Positions 60,978 through 64,000 of a DNA stretch of 64,000 nt are shown in pieces. The notes under the pieces were generated by a model that made no database searches, was not told the DNA's origin, and saw only the letters and a program-made list of their open reading frames with translations. The DNA lies in NCBI GenBank assembly GCA_043228905.1, contig JBHGNT010000012.1, positions 12,028,001-12,092,000 of the forward strand, given 5' to 3'. Every line of letters begins with the position of its first letter. Position 1 is the stretch's first letter. The position numbers and the translations under genes are program-made. Source of the DNA: Azolla caroliniana. Taxonomy: Eukaryota; Plantae; Polypodiophyta.

Positions 60978-63900
60978 CTTCGTAGTGTATTCCACACACT
61001 ACGTGAAAACCATAAAATAATATATCCGAATTTAGATACATATAAATAAATAAATAATATGTCAAAATATTTATCACATGCATAGGGCAAGATTCAAACC
61101 CTGCACCTCCACGTAGATAAACTTCAACTTTACCATTGAAATAACTTATCTTTAGTGTTATACATATAGATTTAATACGTATAAGACCTTTATTTACACA
61201 TACCTTTATTAAAAGGTAAAAATCATGTATTCTTTAGGGTGTGAATATTTTATTTACACGTGACATTAAAAGTGACTCATGCACATCTAGCGTGCATGAG
61301 CCCTATACTTAGGAAATGACAAAGCATCACATGCACATTTAGTGTGCATGGACACTTTTTGTGAAAAAGCATGAAGCCATGCTTAGCCTCTTCCATCTTT
61401 ATATAAGGAGGAGAGAAATATGTATAAGGTTGTTGATTAATATACAAGGATTGATCAATCTAATATATTCGTGGGATTCACGAATTTTGCCATCTAAATT
61501 ACTCTTATAATCTAAATATTGTTTTTAATACACTAAACTCGTGGGATTCACGAGATTGCTATCTTACTTCTCTTTCCACTGTTCATAACTAGCCTTAAGT
61601 TGTATTCCTCTTCCTCCTAGTAAAAAACCTCGGTGGTACCCACCCGACTCACGCAACGATTCGGAGCCGAAAGGCACGACATAGTTGGTGAACCCGACGT
61701 GAAGACCGGGTGGCAAGGAGATGGAAAATCAACCGGAGGCTAGCAACATGATGATGATGTTCGAGCACATGCTACAAGAACAACGCGCGATGTCGGAGAT
61801 AGCGGCATCAGTGGAGCGGCTCGTGCAACGAAACGGGCAATTCAACGGGAAAGACGTGTCGCGGTATCTTCGGGACTAGAAGGCGGAGATGCTACGGTGC
61901 GGAATATCGGAAGGACTGCAAGTGACGTCCTTCAACCGGGTGGCGACCGACGGGCTTCAAGGAAGCATCCATGGGCTACGACAGCAAAATCCGACATGGG
62001 AGGCGTTTGAAGAAGAGCTAAAGAGGATTCCTCCAAGGCGACGCGAAGGGGATTCGAAGATTGGGTGGAGACGCTGGACAAGGGATTGAAGGTCGTTGAT
62101 GTGTTTTCGGCATTCGAAAGCCGGTTCGGGAGGTTGTCCGCGAGAGATCAAGCTATCCTCGTACCAAACAAGGTGATCATGTTCTTGCGAGCCGTGGACG
62201 TCTGGGACCGGAAAGATCTCGGAGTGCTCTTGGAGGACATGACCACGGAGAGTGGCCTCACCGAAACATGGGAAAGCGTGCGGGATATCGTCGCGCGATA
62301 CACGAAGAGGGGGCAATGGCTTGCCAACGAGGAAAAGAGGGTTTTGGAACCGATTCCGAAACCGAGAACCGGATTGGAAGACCATCAACGGAGGGCTCGG
62401 GAGACTACAACCGAGAAGGGGATTGATGCATCTACGGTGGAGCAACTATTGAAGGAGATGGAGAATCTAAAGATCGCGATGGTGAAGAAGTCGGATGACC
62501 GCCCCACAAGCTCCAAGTATACGGACCGACGGTGCATATGGTGCGATAGCACCAAACACAATCGGAGGGATTGCGACGAGCATAAGGAGGCGCTACGGCG
62601 GGATCTCATCTACTACGAGGGAAACCGGATTCATTCGATGGAGTCTCGGAATCCACTCCGACCGAAGTTCCGGAAAGGCGGCATGAAGAAGGTGCTCGAG
62701 GTGGAATTGGCGGCAAGAAGCAACTATGCGACAACCGCGGGAATATGTGTCGGGGAGTCATCGAGAGCAAAGACGTCTTTTTGGCCGGAAGTTCTAGAAA
62801 ACACCTAGAAAACCGACTCCAACGAGATCCAAAGCACCGCAGAAGGCATCCGGGAAGCTACGGGATGGGAGTGCCCTGTCGACAAGAATAGCGTATACGC
62901 CCTGTGTTAATTGCATAAGGTGTATGTGGACGAGAAACGACAACGCACGGAGGATGCGGGCGGGCCATCGAAGATACCGGAAAGCTGGAACTCCGGAGGT
63001 AAGGGAAAAGAAAAGGCAACTCCGGCATTCAAGCTCGCCTCGTACATAGAACAACAAACCGACTTGAAAAGAGTGTTCGATTGCTCGCTTCGGGAGCTAC
63101 TCGGAATAGCAAAGAAGGAGTTCCACGATCTTCTCGTGGATCTCGTGAAGCGAAAAAGACAAAGTACGGAGGAAAATGCTCCAAGGGCGAATGCGAACAC
63201 CGTTTTAATGAACGACGCCGAAATTCCGAACTCCCACTATACAAGGCCACATTGGGCACGCGCGACTACGGAGACTCCGGTCCGAATCGGCAACATCAAA
63301 GAACCCGTGCTAGCATTGATTGATCACGGATCGGAGATCAACTTGATGTCCAAGGAGTTCTACCGGAAGGGGAAGTGGCCTATTAACACCAACCATGGAT
63401 GGAAGATTCGGGTGGCCACCAAAGCAACGGAAGATCTATTTGCGGCTTGTCCGGATGTGACGGTGAAGATCCGGGATGTCGAGATCGACCAAAATTTCTT
63501 CGTGCAAGATGAGGTTTCACATTCCGTCATCCTTGGCCAACCCTTTATCACGGCATCACGGATGGAGACAAAGGTGCTCGATAGCGGTGCGGCTTTTGCG
63601 CGAATTCGGAGCCAAAACGGTGGGAAATCTGTCCAATTCCTAATGGTGCCGGCAAATCACGAAAGGAAAAAGAGGGAACTCTTGCCCCAAGTGAGAATGG
63701 ATTTTTAAAGCAGACTGTTGCGGAGTGGGGAAGTGATAGTCCGAGAAGCCCTGATACCCCACACAGGAAGAAAACTCTCGGAGCAAAACATGTACGAATC
63801 GGTCCGGATGGGGCATCTACATACACGACCGTAACCGGAGGATTGAAGAAAGGATACCGACAAGTGGAGGATAAGTTTCGGTCGGCATCAATAATAAAAG

Positions 63901-64000
63901 AAGATGAAGAAATCGTGGGGATAGTCGAAGAAGTGTTCTATGGGAGCATGCTACAACGACTTGAAGAGCTTGCGGAAGATAAAAGCCAAGGGAACCGGGT
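60978..64000 (+). mobile_element. Ylt1-like Ty3/Gypsy element C (same family as B): 5' LTR about 60978-61681, PBS 61686-61703, decayed gag-protease 61721-63708, start of pol; runs off the window
   Basis: LTR is near-identical to the reverse complement of 35733-36436; translation MENQPEASNM...LIDHGSEIN...VRMDF*. Confidence 0.95.

Overview
Plant nuclear DNA, most likely a fern (inferred from the style of the PLS-class PPR gene and the retroelement lineages). One host gene is present: an intronless PLS-E PPR gene at about 18.16-21.03 kb. It sits in deeply nested, mostly decayed retroelements: an RTE-X-like LINE, four Ty1/Copia pieces and a Copia solo LTR, two chromoviruses (one with a Tf1-type self-priming signal), three Ylt1-like Ty3/Gypsy copies with tRNA-Trp PBS, and four pieces of non-chromovirus (Athila/Phygy-like) Gypsy elements; three of the four show a large extra ORF. 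LTR termini, PBS/PPT and target-site duplications (TSDs) allow most of the nesting order to be read by eye. Main observations: (1) two unrelated-LTR non-chromovirus elements have a copy of a tRNA-Arg 3' end where the polypurine tract should be, suggesting tRNA-primed or tRNA-mimic plus-strand priming; (2) the Ylt1-like elements share a G-GAU-UUU -1 frameshift site with a conserved H-type pseudoknot placed after the protease; (3) a ~927-codon extra ORF with a long coiled coil. All calls were made by eye without database searches; tRNA identities and lineage names are from memory and need confirming.
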